64,000 nt of DNA, taken from assembly GCA_051362555.1 (NCBI GenBank), contig CM120646.1, positions 8,370,001-8,434,000 on the forward strand, written 5' to 3'. Positions within the stretch are counted from its first letter, which is position 1, and the number at the start of each line of letters is the position of its first letter. A model generated the notes under the pieces. That model was not told the origin of the DNA, did not search any database, and saw only the letters and a program-made list of their open reading frames with translations. The position numbers and the translations under genes are program-made. Positions 61,501 through 64,000 of this stretch are shown here, piece after piece. This DNA comes from Lingula anatina. Taxonomy: Eukaryota; Animalia; Brachiopoda.

Positions 61501-64000
61501 TTCATTCACTGGCTTTCATTGAATAATTTCCGTAATCCGGGCACCTGGTCCTTTCATATCGCATCTTACATATGAATGCAAAGAAGTATGTTGTCACTAA
61601 ACAGTGTGCACAGGGTAGAAAAGAACAGGAATGGCACAATAGTGTTTTGTTAACATAATCGCATTTATTCCAAAATAGCATGCTGTAAAAATATGCAAAT
61701 ACTGCTTCATCAAACCGTGTCGTGAATGTTATTTTCTTTGTTTATTTCAGTGGCTCCGAACTGCTGTTTACGGGGTAATTGGATGCATCGCCGATCAAAG
61801 ACATCAGATTCATGTTGGACATCGCTCGCGCCCGGATTGTCTCGCTTGTTGAAGTTTGTCTTGCAGGGTTGACATTTGATATGTAATCTTTCAAATTTGA
61901 AATGTAATCTTTGCCTTGAATAATAATATTTTGCATAAAACGTGTATAGAATTAATTGTTGCAGAATTTAATTGTTAATCAGAGAAAAAGAAAGAAATGG
62001 TTGGCGTCGACCCTGCATATTGCTGGTTATATATTATAAATTTTTCTAAATCGTAGTACTGTACTCTATCCGCTCATTTTCCGCGGTATTTTATTTATTG
62101 TATATATTTATTATTGTGTCAGGAGGAGGAACCCATCAGTTCTCAAACAAAAATACGCCACTTTTTGAGGTTCACTCGTAACAAACTAATTTTAATGCAA
62201 AAAGTATTTTGCTGAAGAGATGGATGAAAACAAAAATGATAGTTATCAATTATTATAATTATAAGGCGATTTTTAGGTAGAGTACTGTGCCAGCACTATT
62301 GATTTTCTAGTTGTAGGTAATTTTTTCTGTGGGCAAATCTTCAGTTAGCCACTTAGCTGCGCATTTGAAGATATTTTAAATATTTGTTTTGAATTGAATT
62401 GAATTCTGAGAAATTCCGAGAAGAAAAATATCTCAACTTTATTACATGAAACTTTTGAGAGACTAACGGTTACATATATTGACCGTTAAGTTTGAAAAAA
62501 GAACAAGTTGTTAATTTAAAATAACTTACAAACTGTTCTTCAAGTTATAATGCTTTGGAAATCACAGCGTTAAGAAAATGATAAAATTTGTCCACGTGAT
62601 TGCAGAATTGCCCATGTATAAGAAACGATCCTTTTTTAAAGTGTGGATATAGGTTTGTGACGCATGTTAAGAATGAACTTACTTTGGTTTTGGTGTTTTG
62701 ATATTGTGTCTGGTCAGTGACAGATACACATTTACTGTGCTGGGAGGGTTTAAAACAATGTTAAGAAAATGAAACCAGGAGAGGAATAGATTTTCACGAA
62801 ATTACTGCGCATTCGTTATTGCAGTAGGGGAATATATGTTACCCACGTGATACAAATTGTCCCTTCTTAGGGCCACCAAAATTTATCAGTGTTTTATTAA
62901 TCAATATTTCTTTGGTTGTGATGAAGGGGTCATTGAGAGGAAAAGGTCTGATAAGATGCCAGTCCAGCACGTCCTGTTGGGGTATTTTTTGCTAAGTGTT
63001 TCTTGATCACTGAGCACCGGAGACCAGAGTAAGGGTATTAGCATTTACGAATTAATGAATCTTAAGTCACCGTTTTTTCGTAATCTTTTCAGTTTTGTTT
63101 GTATATTTTTCTTAAATTGTTATGACCAGAATAAGCTTGTAAATTAACCATGTTTTTTTATGCCGTTCCTGATTCGCATGTGTGCAAATTTTAGTTTTCG
63201 CTCAAAGTCGTGTCACAAATCTACCAATATTAGGATAAAATGAAATGAAAACAAAATGATGTAAAACACTCGATTCTTAAAAATGACTATTTTTGTCTAC
63301 CTTTTTCTGTGCGAGAATCAGCACGACGGCATAGAACAAGGTGTGCGTGAGTGCGAGTGCACGTGAGGGGACGACGCCCATGTGAGATTACATTCGTTTT
63401 GGAATTTTGATTTCGTTCACAACACTGAAATTGGACACTGCTCCTCGATGGAATTAGTAATCAACTATTAAAGTCAACTTCGAACAAAAGTTGATAAGTA
63501 TGATATGGTTGTACTTTCAATTTATCTACCAGTTTTGGTCAATTTTTTTAATGAATTTTGTTTTGGTAAGCATTATGTCGAAATTCTCTCTTATATAAAT
63601 AAAAGAATTCGTTGTTTCAGCAGCAATTTCCAAAGTGCATAAAATACTTTTTATGTATGTAGTAGACTTCTTGTATTTTTTTTGTTAAAGCATAATTTAT
63701 AGATTTTTTTTTAGAAATTTGACGCTTTTATAAAGATTGCTATCAATGTAGAAAAATGTAATTTCATGTATTCTGTTTTGTATGAAACTATGTTGAAATT
63801 ACTTGGACTTTGTTGAAACAATAAATAATGAAAATAATTTACAGAAACTTGTATGTTGAATTCCATTTCATTATTCACCTGTTCCCTTTAGCTCGATTTG
63901 AACTACTACATGTAACTCCACTAGCTTCTTGTGAAATGTGGGATCCTCTTATATTGGTAGTTTACCTTGCTTATTTGAATTTTTTGCAAAAGGTAATTTG

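Overview
AT-rich, intron-containing animal (probably marine invertebrate) genomic DNA, not prokaryotic. The standout is a tandem array of three intact 7-exon genes (37.9-58.6 kb, + strand). Each splices in frame into one ~655-aa protein: an N-terminal signal/anchor, a JmjC/cupin-8 2-oxoglutarate-Fe(II) dioxygenase domain with an intact HxD...H triad, and an aldo-keto reductase (AKR) fold lacking its catalytic Tyr and His. The left half holds a complete secreted TIL-domain gene, partial SIGMAR1 and M6PR genes, and a frameshifted somatomedin-B/Cys-rich gene ending in a GPI-like tail. Mobile DNA includes a young Gypsy (Mag-like) LTR retrotransposon with identical LTRs but an RT deletion, a decayed CR1/L2-type LINE, RTE and Penelope fragments, two Tc1 derivatives (one a fold-back of two 3' ends with a nested TIR element) and several MITEs. 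All exon boundaries were read by eye and checked for GT-AG sites and phase consistency; no database searches were run.
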